Source: Patescibacteria group bacterium (GTDB taxonomy: Bacteria > Bacteroidota > Ignavibacteria > Kapaibacteriales > Kapaibacteriaceae). From it: a stretch of 64,000 bases of DNA. This document shows, piece by piece, positions 6,442-14,556 of the stretch. The position numbers were made by a program, and so were the translations under genes. Position 1 is the stretch's first letter. The number at the start of each line of letters is the position of its first letter. A model generated the notes under the pieces. The model worked only from the letters and a program-made list of their open reading frames with translations, searched no databases and was not told the origin of the DNA. The stretch is taken from NCBI GenBank assembly GCA_044238605.1, contig JBIICY010000001.1, positions 9,433 through 73,432 on the forward strand, in the 5' to 3' direction.

Positions 6442-8388
6442 CTACTTCCCTATCGCCGCATACGACTTCTGAAGATATTGGTTTATCAGCGGGAGTGTGC
6501 TGCCCAGACTGCGGGCTTTCTCGAGGTTTGTGATTGCTTCGCGGTGCTGGCCGAGAATACTATTTGCAATGCCCAGCGTGATGTATGGTTCTGGCTTGGT
6601 TGGACGTACCTGTATGGCATACTGACTATACGTAACAGCTGTTGCAGGGTTATTGGTCTTGAGAGATTCTACTGCCGCGCCGTAGGCTGCAGAATATATG
6701 CTCTCCGTGTTAGGCGCTCCGTTCTCTTCAAGAAGTCTTGCGTACGAGGCTTTGTAATCGCGCAGGGCGCCGGTGGATTCTCTAAGGTTAGACTTCGTAA
6801 CAGCACGATTGAGCAGAATGCGCGGGTGATTAGGATTGAGTGAGTCGGCCTTGTTGAGGATCATAAGGGACTTTTCCAATTGGCCACGTTCGCCATAGAG
6901 AATGCCAAGCAACTGATAGGTTCGCCATCGAACTACGCCCCGCTGCTCAAGCACCTGCAGGTCCTGGAACGCCCGTGCTTTGTCGCCGAGGAGGTAGTAA
7001 TTCAGTGCACGAGATTCGTAGGCAATCTCCGATGCCGAACCGTGCAGCGCGATGACCTTGCTCCACAATGTTTCTGAGTTCTCCCATACTGCTGCCTGCG
7101 CACGCGTAACAACCAAGCACATGCCGGCGAACCCTATTGCCAAGGCCCATCCAGCAGCTGGGTATCTGTCTTTGATCCATGATGCACCGTAGGCTAGGAG
7201 CAACAAGCTGCCAATGTAGGGCACGTATGTGTAGCGCTCTGCCATGACTACCTGTCCAACAGAAACAAGCTGAAGCACCATGGCAACAAACAAGACAAAG
7301 ATTCCGATGCACAGAACAATCAGCCTCTGTAGGTCTGGGTTACGTCGTGCGGCATACACCGGTCCCACAACCATTCCAAGCGCTAGCACTGGATACCCAT
7401 AATACCAGATTGGCAGAGCCCCTTGCTTGAGAACCGGATATGGATACAATGCCGATAGGTTGTACGGCACAAGCATCTTGAACCAGTACGTCACATAACC
7501 AAAGCCCGCAAACGCAATACGTTGAGTAAAGCTGTAGGGGTCGGCCTTGGTGATGGCCTCTTCCGACTGAAACTTGACGGCTATAAGGCCCATCACAACA
7601 GAGAAGGCCAGCATTGGAAGCTTCTCGAGTACCGCACGTTTATCTATCTGACGTCGCAGGTAGTAGTCAACAACCAACAAAAGAATCGGCAACGGCGTAG
7701 CCATAGCTTTCGACAACACGGATAGTACGAATGCAGCCATGGCGATGGCAAAGTGGAGCATGCTCCTCTCGCGCACATAGCGCACATAGAAGATCAGCGA
7801 CACCAGCAGAAACAATGTGTAGAGCACATCTTTTGGCTCTGAGATCCATGCAACACTCTCGACGTGCATTGGATGGATACCAAACAATAGTGCCGTAAAA
7901 CCGGCCACAAACGTCGCATTTGGTAGAAGCCTGCGCACAAAGACAAACACAAGAAGTGTGTTAATGATGTGCAGAAGAAGATTCGTTAGTGCAAAGCCAG
8001 ATGCATCATCACCGTGCAACTTGTAATCGACTGCCAGAGAGAGCATCGTGATCGGGTGATAGTTCGATGCAACCTGAGTCCCGGTATCAAACATTTGGGA
8101 AATCGATTGACCACTAAGCTCCTTGACAAGGGGCTGCTCGGTTACATACTGGTTGTCGTCCCAGTTTGTGAACTGCTTTGTTGATCGCAGCGCCGGCTGG
8201 AATGCAACAACTACAGTAACAATCAATACAACTGGCCACAGCCATCGCTGCAGCAGACCAGAAGCAGGCACTGGTGGACGCTTGGTAGCGCGTTGATCTG
8301 AGTGATCTGTAGCCTTCTTAGACTTCGATGATTGTCCCATGCAACATGCTAACCCAAAAAATGTAAAACGCACAGTCTGCAGTCGCAA
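6442..8388 (-). CDS. TMTC/PMT-family (GT39-like) membrane glycosyltransferase with C-terminal TPR repeats
   Basis: It has multiple transmembrane segments and an N-terminal loop motif FTNWDDNQYV (the F..WDD..Y motif of PMT/TMTC O-mannosyltransferases). The C-terminal ~250 aa is TPR-like (AIQVRPTKPEPYITLGIANSILGQHREAI...). The true start may be the internal MGQSSK (ending at ~8340). Confidence 0.6.
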   Translation of the reverse strand: MRLQTVRFTFFGLACCMGQSSKSKKATDHSDQRATKRPPVPASGLLQRWLWPVVLIVTVVVAFQPALRSTKQFTNWDDNQYVTEQPLVKELSGQSISQMFDTGTQVASNYHPITMLSLAVDYKLHGDDASGFALTNLLLHIINTLLVFVFVRRLLPNATFVAGFTALLFGIHPMHVESVAWISEPKDVLYTLFLLVSLIFYVRYVRERSMLHFAIAMAAFVLSVLSKAMATPLPILLLVVDYYLRRQIDKRAVLEKLPMLAFSVVMGLIAVKFQSEEAITKADPYSFTQRIAFAGFGYVTYWFKMLVPYNLSALYPYPVLKQGALPIWYYGYPVLALGMVVGPVYAARRNPDLQRLIVLCIGIFVLFVAMVLQLVSVGQVVMAERYTYVPYIGSLLLLAYGASWIKDRYPAAGWALAIGFAGMCLVVTRAQAAVWENSETLWSKVIALHGSASEIAYESRALNYYLLGDKARAFQDLQVLEQRGVVRWRTYQLLGILYGERGQLEKSLMILNKADSLNPNHPRILLNRAVTKSNLRESTGALRDYKASYARLLEENGAPNTESIYSAAYGAAVESLKTNNPATAVTYSQYAIQVRPTKPEPYITLGIANSILGQHREAITNLEKARSLGSTLPLINQYLQKSYAAIGK

Positions 8389-8427
8389 GATAATGCAGTA
8401 CCAACTCGCGACCGCACCAATCAGGCA

Positions 8428-10428
8428 TTACTGATTACATGGACACGTTACATTGAGTTCGGTAGGATTTGTTACAACCGAGCACGTAGCCGTTGAAACC
8501 ACGCATCGGTATGGCCCCTTTTTAGAAAGTCGTGCGGAGTTCAACGTCAGCACTGAAGTAGTACTTCCTGAAACATCAGGACTATTCGAAAGAGCCACAT
8601 ATTCGCTACCATTAAACACTTGCCACTGATACGAAATAGATTCGCTAGGGCTGGAAGTAGCTGTTACAGCCAACTGAACCTGATGACCGCCTGCTACTGA
8701 TGTCTGATGTACAAGATCGCGAACAACCAGATTACATGTGATAGCTGATCCACGCGTTACCCATTGCCAGTTTTGGACGGAATACGTGCTCTGATCGATA
8801 GCATTGGCAACCGTTTGTCCTCCGCCCTCGTCAAAATGCCAAAGCCCCAAAGCATTTGCTGGGAGATCTGCGAGCTCGTATCGTGATTTGGGCGTGAAGT
8901 TGGATGAATGCATCACATTTCGCGTTACGATCACTTCGTCGATTTCGCCATGGAACCGGCGTCCACCGAGCGGCCAATTTCCAATGTACACCTCAGCAGC
9001 TGCTCCCCAGACAAGATTCCAAGCGGCCTGACTTACAAGAGTACCGTTTACATAGACCTTTGCCTGACCATCCCCATACGTACACAGAAGATGCTGCCAC
9101 TGCCCTTGCTGAAGAGTAAAGTTTGCACCCAAAAAGCCCCAAGTTGCCCCGCTATTCAGCGACTGAACAACCCAATTTGCGTTCGGCAGTACCGCTACAT
9201 TCCCGTGGTTACCATCTACAAGAACGGCATAGCCCTGTCGCTGCGCGGCAGGCTTAACCCACATAGCGACGGAAAACGCTGTAGTCTGGGTTCCGAGGTC
9301 GCCCAGGAGAACATATCCCGCATCTGCCGCAGGTATGGTTATCCCACGCACACCTCCTCCTGGATTGGGAGTGCCAGGATTCTTCACGGCTGCCGAATTG
9401 TCTGTAGGCATCCGAAGTCCGCACTCAGCAGTATAAACAGCACATGTCGGATTCGAAACGATACACCGATATGTTCCAACGAGCTCTGGCTTCATTGACG
9501 CAATTGTTAGCACAGATGATGTCACATTCTGATAATCTGTTCCGTTTGCCAGATTAACAAAATATGCCCCCTGCTTTCGCTGCCATTGATAGCTTAGCAC
9601 TCCAGCAGTTGAGACTGCTGTTACTTGAATAGTAGTATTTAGTCCGGTGCTTACAGTCGCGCCAAGTGGTTGCGATTGTATCGTAACCGTAGAGCAAGGT
9701 TCGTTCTCGAGTGTACGACTAATCCATTGCCAGTTCGTGACGGAATTTGACTGATTTGTATACGCATTCGTAGTCGTGGTTCCACTACCTTCATCAAAAT
9801 GCCACAGCCCTAATGTGTTAGCAGGAAGGTCAGATAATTCGTATCGATTTTTTGGAGAAAAGTCCGTTGTTTGCAAAACATTGCGTGTAACGATTACTTC
9901 ATCGATCTCACCGTGAAATCGACGCCCACCCAGCGGCCAGTTGCCGATGTATACCTCTGCTGCTGCTCCCCAGACTAGGCTCCAGTTAGCCTGACTTACA
10001 AGTGTGCCGTTGACGTACACCTTTGCTTTACCACTTCCATACGTGCACAGAAGATGCTGCCATTGTCCTTGCTGTAATGTAAATGTTGCTCCGAGGAAAC
10101 CCCATGTAGCACCAGCATTCAGCGACTGGATAACCCAGTTTGCGTTAGGCAATACAGCGACGTTTCCGTGATTACCATCTACTAGCACAGCATACGTTTG
10201 AAGTTGTGAAGCAGGCTTAACCCACATTGCTACAGAAAACTCTGTTGTCTGGGTTCCAAGATCACCAAGGAGTATATACCCCGCATCTGCGGCTGGTATT
10301 GTTATGCCACGGACGCCCCCGCCTGGATTCGGCGAACCGGGATTATACAAACCCCATGATGTCGTTTGAGTTGATGCCTCGAAAGACGATGCAAAAACAA
10401 TAAGGAGGATGCAAAAGATACTGCGCAT
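8428..10428 (-). CDS. Secreted tandem-repeat protein: signal peptide + 2 x (LamG/concanavalin-like domain + Ig-like domain)
   Basis: Signal peptide MRSIFCILLIVFASSFEAS. There are two ~330-aa internal repeats, ~80% identical at nucleotide level (8900-9300 vs 9850-10250). Each contains a Laminin_G_3-like block (VAMWVKPA...GNWPLGGRRFHGEIDEVIV) followed by an Ig-like block (SYQWQ...GTYRCIVSN). It is Ser/Thr-rich. Confidence 0.6.
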   Translation of the reverse strand: MRSIFCILLIVFASSFEASTQTTSWGLYNPGSPNPGGGVRGITIPAADAGYILLGDLGTQTTEFSVAMWVKPASQLQTYAVLVDGNHGNVAVLPNANWVIQSLNAGATWGFLGATFTLQQGQWQHLLCTYGSGKAKVYVNGTLVSQANWSLVWGAAAEVYIGNWPLGGRRFHGEIDEVIVTRNVLQTTDFSPKNRYELSDLPANTLGLWHFDEGSGTTTTNAYTNQSNSVTNWQWISRTLENEPCSTVTIQSQPLGATVSTGLNTTIQVTAVSTAGVLSYQWQRKQGAYFVNLANGTDYQNVTSSVLTIASMKPELVGTYRCIVSNPTCAVYTAECGLRMPTDNSAAVKNPGTPNPGGGVRGITIPAADAGYVLLGDLGTQTTAFSVAMWVKPAAQRQGYAVLVDGNHGNVAVLPNANWVVQSLNSGATWGFLGANFTLQQGQWQHLLCTYGDGQAKVYVNGTLVSQAAWNLVWGAAAEVYIGNWPLGGRRFHGEIDEVIVTRNVMHSSNFTPKSRYELADLPANALGLWHFDEGGGQTVANAIDQSTYSVQNWQWVTRGSAITCNLVVRDLVHQTSVAGGHQVQLAVTATSSPSESISYQWQVFNGSEYVALSNSPDVSGSTTSVLTLNSARLSKKGPYRCVVSTATCSVVTNPTELNVTCPCNQ

Positions 10429-10587
10429 ACTGGCCCCGTCTCATAATACGCCGAGGAACAAATCCTGCAGAAACTAATGGTGCTTCAAGCCAGCTCCGGC
10501 GCCAGGCTGGGCCGCAAATCTAGAGGGGTACGTAGTATCTAAAAATGTGAAACAAGTAGTATCTGCACAGCGGTCTTAGGGGCAAAA

Positions 10588-10680
10588 GTCATACCCTACA
10601 TTATCGTTATGGCTTGGCCCAACGTAGATGGGAAGTCCACGTATGTGAGGTGGTACCTGCAGAGGCACCTGATGCACGCT
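10588..10680 (+). pseudogene. Degenerate remnant of the zeta-like kinase 5' end (leader plus first ~25 codons), followed by D-type 39-bp repeats (10670-10790)
   Basis: gtcataccctacattatcgttatggcttggcccaacgtagatgggaagtccacgtatgtgaggtggtacct aligns with 5566-5640 (ggatacaccctacattatcgttatcgccggacccaacggagttgggaagtcaacgtttgcgaagtggtacct) but has lost the P-loop. Confidence 0.45.
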
Positions 10681-10793
10681 GCGTCATTCCGAGCGTAGCG
10701 AGGAACCCAATGCACGCCGCGTCATTCCGAGCGTAGCGAGGAACCCAATGCACGCCGCGTCATTCCGAGCGTAGCGAGGGACCTCGCTGTTCG

Positions 10794-11066
10794 CTACTCA
10801 ACTACGTCCGCATCTTTCCAAAAGAGTAACTCGGTGTTCAAACGGGCGGAGATCTGCGCAAGCAGGCTCAGAGATGGATCAGCTCCGGAGTGAAGCAGGG
10901 CATCGAGTTTATCTTCCGAGATTCCAGCCTTTGCAGCAAACTCGTGCAACGTGAGCTGCTGTTCCTCCAAGACTTGAGATATTCTCACTGCAAGCGAAAG
11001 TTGCCAGTCAACAAGGAGGCGTTCTTCAGGAAGCAGCTGGGCCGATAATTGTTCAACGATGTGCAT
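10794..11066 (-). CDS. XRE-family HTH protein, putative antitoxin (divergent paralog)
   Basis: WQLSLAVRISQVLEEQQLTLHEFAAKAGISEDKLDALLH is an HTH. It has the same position and C-terminal motif (ELLFWKDADVVE) as the other two HTH genes. Confidence 0.6.
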   Translation of the reverse strand: MHIVEQLSAQLLPEERLLVDWQLSLAVRISQVLEEQQLTLHEFAAKAGISEDKLDALLHSGADPSLSLLAQISARLNTELLFWKDADVVE

Positions 11067-11082
11067 GTTCTACTCAACATGG

Positions 11083-11577
11083 TTAGAATGTAAATGAATC
11101 GGGATATAACGGCAACAGTTTCGAGCCCACTATGATTATCTCGCCACATTCAATTCTATCGTTGACCTTCTTCGAAACCGATGCAAGATACTGAGCTTCG
11201 TAACTCGCCCTGCCGTTCATCTGAATTGGTTCATTTCTTGTCTTAATAAAACCCGAGCCAACAAGAAGGATTCGTGCACTGTCACCAACATAGGTGCACA
11301 ACAGTCTGCTTGGATTATACTGCTCAGATGGGAACTCCTTGTGATTATACAGAGCAAACACACCAAGGCCTGGAAGCTCTGGACGCAATATCGCCGGCCT
11401 TATTTGTTGCCTCGTGCGAAGTCCCTGGATCATTCTCGATAACCGCAGCGAGTACCCCCTGTCCGTACCTTCCAATATCTCCATAAACTCATCTGCCAGA
11501 CACACTCCATTACGCTCAATCGCATAGAACGAACACCTTCCTTCCAACCATGGAATGATCCGAATCGACTCCGACAT
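11083..11577 (-). CDS. Gp49/RelE-HigB-like toxin homolog, extended (third paralog)
   Basis: I set the start at MSESIRIIPWLEGRCSFYAIERNG (ATG at 11575-11577); the ORF-track N-terminal extension reads through the repeat. Core RLLCTYVGDSARILLVGSGFIKTRNEPIQ; tail RIECGEIIIVGSKLLPLYPDSF. Confidence 0.5.
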   Translation of the reverse strand: MSESIRIIPWLEGRCSFYAIERNGVCLADEFMEILEGTDRGYSLRLSRMIQGLRTRQQIRPAILRPELPGLGVFALYNHKEFPSEQYNPSRLLCTYVGDSARILLVGSGFIKTRNEPIQMNGRASYEAQYLASVSKKVNDRIECGEIIIVGSKLLPLYPDSFTF

Positions 11578-11913
11578 AGAGAACCTCGCACTGCGTGTGT
11601 TGATGCGCGATGAAGGGTAGCCCCCTTCACGTTCTCTGTGTCGTGAATTGGTTTGAACGTGACATGCGTAGGGGCGACACTGCGTGGTCGCCAAACAAAG
11701 TATTGGGGTGTGTGGTCGCCCGATAAAATGGTGGCGTGACAATGTCACCCTCGCGAACGAGGGGCAGATGCACCATCCGCGAGCTTCCTCGGCACTACGT
11801 GCCTCGGAATGACGCACGCCGCGTCATTCCGAGCAAAGCGAGGAACCCAATGCACGCCGCGTCATTCCGAGCAAAGCGAGGAACCTCGCTACTCGCTACT
11901 CGCTACTCGCTGC
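11578..11913. repeat. Composite repeat: conserved spacer, degenerate A, B, D 39-bp units x2, then a 9-mer microsatellite (cgctactcg x4) that overlaps the stop of the DUF2520 gene
   Basis: Direct reading. The 9-mer family recurs at 33728-33752, 34213-34245 and 38795-38830. Confidence 0.8.
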
Positions 11914-12801
11914 TCTCTTAATCACTTCCTTCAGCGCATTCGTCAGATGAATGTACTGCTCGCGCAGGTTTTCGGGCATGGCGTCGAGCTGACGTTGCAC
12001 GGCGTCCATGTCTCCGCGGACGAGTGGACCTGTGAGCGCAAAGGGGGTGCCATCGTGCATGGCTTTGGCGGCGTTGTCCAGCGTGCGCTGCATGATGGGC
12101 ACGAGAAACGTCTCCGCTGGTATGCCAGCCTCATTTGCCAAACCACGCGCTAGATCATACGCCGCATAGGTAAAGTTCGATGCAGCTACTGCAGCTGCAT
12201 GATACCGCCGCTTCGACACTGGATCTGTCTTCGGCAACCGGAACGGGAAGCCCCCTGTGAGCTTGACAAACTCTTCGGTAAGGGGCCACGCATCATCATC
12301 ACACTCCACGCCCCAGCCTATGCCGTTAAGCGCCGATGGGTCTACAGAACCAAATGTCTGGAATGGGTGCGCCGCCGCAATCCTCGCCCCACATGCACGA
12401 AGGGGCTCCAAGATGTCCGTACCGAGCGAGCCGTTCACATGCATCACGAGTGATCCTGCAAGGCGCTCTCCATACTGCTCCGCCAATCGCTGGATAACTG
12501 CCGGAAGAAAGGCGTCTTTGCAGGCGAGGAGGAAGATGGATGACGAGGGACTAGGGACTAGGGACGAGGGACTAGGTACTAGGGACGAGGTACTGGGTAC
12601 TAGAGACGAGGTACCTGATACGACAGCTCTTGTTCCGTGTAGAAACTCTCTCGCAGATAGGGTTTCCACATTCAACGTCATCTGGTCCCCAGTCCCTAGT
12701 CCCTCGTCCCTAGTACCTAGTCCCTCGTACCTAGTACCTAGTACCTTCCCAACCGACTCCCCCACTCTTCCTTTTCCGATAATCGTAACATGCGTTATCA
12801 T
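11896..12801 (-). CDS. Rossmann-fold NAD(P)-binding / DUF2520-type oxidoreductase-like protein, with an in-frame ~70-aa insertion of a palindromic repeat element
   Basis: I set the start at MITHVTIIGKGRVGESVGKV (GxGxxG). The C-terminal PFALTGPLVRGDMDAVQRQLDAMPENLREQYIHL is DUF2520-like. Residues LGTRYEGLGTRDEGLGTGDQ...SGTSSLVPSTSSLVPSPSSLVPSPSS are encoded by the 9-mer-armed element at 12538-12748. The C-terminal AASSE-stop is encoded by the cgctactcg microsatellite. Confidence 0.55.
   Translation of the reverse strand: MITHVTIIGKGRVGESVGKVLGTRYEGLGTRDEGLGTGDQMTLNVETLSAREFLHGTRAVVSGTSSLVPSTSSLVPSPSSLVPSPSSSIFLLACKDAFLPAVIQRLAEQYGERLAGSLVMHVNGSLGTDILEPLRACGARIAAAHPFQTFGSVDPSALNGIGWGVECDDDAWPLTEEFVKLTGGFPFRLPKTDPVSKRRYHAAAVAASNFTYAAYDLARGLANEAGIPAETFLVPIMQRTLDNAAKAMHDGTPFALTGPLVRGDMDAVQRQLDAMPENLREQYIHLTNALKEVIKRAASSE
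12538..12748. repeat. MITE-like palindromic element: arms built from 9-bp units (gggactagg/gacgaggga on one side, inverted cctagtccc/gtacctagt on the other) around a ~75-bp unique core; inserted in-frame inside the DUF2520 CDS
   Basis: The arms at 12541-12612 and 12687-12746 are reverse complements made of 9-mers. Related copies are at 14485-14554, 15255-15392 and 29016-29078. Confidence 0.8.
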
Positions 12802-12809
12802 CACGTTCC

Positions 12810-14267
12810 TTAGGAAAGGGGCTCGAGGGTGTAGCTGTCTTTGCCGTCCTTCATTATCCACCCGAGGGATGTGAGCTCGTTGCGGAGTCTGTCTGCCTCT
12901 GACCAGTTCTTGGAGCTGCGCGCAGCCCAGCGCTCTTCGGCCAGGTCGCGGATGTTGTCGGGTACGTCTACAGATGGACGTTCCGTAAAGCTCCACACGG
13001 CAAGCACGTTGTTGATTGCGCGGAGGCGCAGAAGTACTTCTAGCGCCTGCACTGGATTGCTCTTCGCATCGGCATTGCTCGAGAGATACTCGTACATGCG
13101 AGCAAGCGCCTGTGGCACGTTGAGGTCATCAGCAAATGCTTCGGCAACTGACGTCGGCATCGGCGCAGCATCATCTGCGCTCGGCACACCTGCAACGTCG
13201 ATAAGATCCCAAATGGTGTTTTGTACTCGCCCCCTAGTAACAGAAGCGGCACGCAGGCTGTCGAAGGTAAAATTCAGTACTGTTCGGTAATGCGCCATCA
13301 TGAGCGCCAGACGAATATCCAATGGGTCGTGTCCGCGCCCAAGCAGGTCGCGAAGAGTGAAGAAGTTGCCAAGCGATTTTGACATCTTCTTGCCTTCCAC
13401 TTCCAAGAACTCGTTGTGCATCCAGAACCTGGCCTGCTCATGCACGTGATACCCTGCGCAGCACTGCGCTAGTTCATCTTCGTGGTGTGGGAAGCGGAGG
13501 TCTACGCCGCCTGTGTGGATATCAAAGGGCAAGCCAAGAAGCTCCTTCGACATCGCAGAACATTCAATGTGCCAGCCCGGACGTCCCGGGATGCTCTCTC
13601 CGTTGAGTTCGAAGTCCCAATATGGCTCGTCATCCTTACGCGCTTTCCACAATACGAAGTCGCTCACGGATTCCCGATCGTATTCATCAGCATCGATACG
13701 AACGCCCTCACGGAAGTTCTCCGTATCGATCGCAAAGAGACGTCCGTAGGAATTCTTGGATGAGTACGATGCAACGTTGAAGTACACCGATCCTTCCGAC
13801 ACATACCCATAGCCGGCATTCACGATCTCACGCGTGAGATCCTGCATCTGCCCGATGTAGTCCGTTGCCCGCGGCATATGGGCAAAGTGCGACATCTCAA
13901 TTCCCAGCGAGACAAGGTCTGCTCGAAACTCTCTGTCAAAGAATTCGGTATACGCGCGAAGATTCGCGCGCACGTCATCCGACTGCTCTCCCATCGCACT
14001 GCGCCATCTGGCAGAGCCCACAGCACTGTCGCGAATGGTCTTGTCATCAACATCGGTAATGTTCATCACCCAGCGGACAGGGTAGCCCCCTACCTCGCGC
14101 ACCACACGCTGCAACAGATCCGTAAACACAAAGGCACGCATGTTCCCAAGATGGGCCACATCGTACACGGTCGGACCACACGAGTAGATGCGCACCGCCG
14201 CTGGGTCAAGGGGCGTAAAGGGTTCGACAGATTTTGTGAGGGTGTTGTAGAAGGAAAGCATTGTCAA
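12810..14267 (-). CDS. cysS: Cysteine--tRNA ligase
   Basis: CGPTVYDVAHLGNMRAFVFTDLL (HIGH-type motif) and KKMSKSLGNFFTLRDLL (KMSKS); 485 aa. Confidence 0.9.
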   Translation of the reverse strand: MTMLSFYNTLTKSVEPFTPLDPAAVRIYSCGPTVYDVAHLGNMRAFVFTDLLQRVVREVGGYPVRWVMNITDVDDKTIRDSAVGSARWRSAMGEQSDDVRANLRAYTEFFDREFRADLVSLGIEMSHFAHMPRATDYIGQMQDLTREIVNAGYGYVSEGSVYFNVASYSSKNSYGRLFAIDTENFREGVRIDADEYDRESVSDFVLWKARKDDEPYWDFELNGESIPGRPGWHIECSAMSKELLGLPFDIHTGGVDLRFPHHEDELAQCCAGYHVHEQARFWMHNEFLEVEGKKMSKSLGNFFTLRDLLGRGHDPLDIRLALMMAHYRTVLNFTFDSLRAASVTRGRVQNTIWDLIDVAGVPSADDAAPMPTSVAEAFADDLNVPQALARMYEYLSSNADAKSNPVQALEVLLRLRAINNVLAVWSFTERPSVDVPDNIRDLAEERWAARSSKNWSEADRLRNELTSLGWIMKDGKDSYTLEPLS

Positions 14268-14484
14268 AATTACTCCGCTTCGCGTAATTACTCCGCTCGA
14301 CTGCGTCGAGCAATTACGAAGGACCCATTACGCTCGTTTCGGCTTTCGCAAGAATGGCGTAGATTTGGGCATGGAAAACTCAACCCAAAACCCTGAAAAG
14401 CGCGTTGGCTGGTTTAACAATGTTGAGCCTGACAGCAACTTGCTACAAGATATTCCATTAGACGAAGATTCGTCAGATTGGTGC

Positions 14485-14554
14485 TGGGACTCAGAAGACG
14501 AGGACTAATCTGCTGTACCCCTGTGTACCTAGTACCTTGTACCTTGTACCTAGG
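14485..14554. repeat. Small copy of the 9-mer-armed palindromic element immediately 3' of hutI
   Basis: gggactcagaagacgaggactaa...gtacctagtaccttgtaccttgtacctagg. Confidence 0.6.
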
Positions 14555-14556
14555 CC

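Noticed and set aside
11578-11817. The ORF-track N-terminal extension of the third Gp49-like gene (244 aa), and the similar extensions of manC (464 aa), ruvB, lepA and the DUF2520 gene.
   Set aside because: The extensions read through repeat elements or arginine-rich GC noise and are absent from the paralogs and orthologous families. I set the starts at conserved N-terminal motifs instead.
12199-12874. The + strand ORFs (84 and 205 aa) antisense to the DUF2520 gene.
   Set aside because: They are antisense to a gene with clear Rossmann/DUF2520 motifs and partly composed of the palindromic insert, so they are shadow ORFs.
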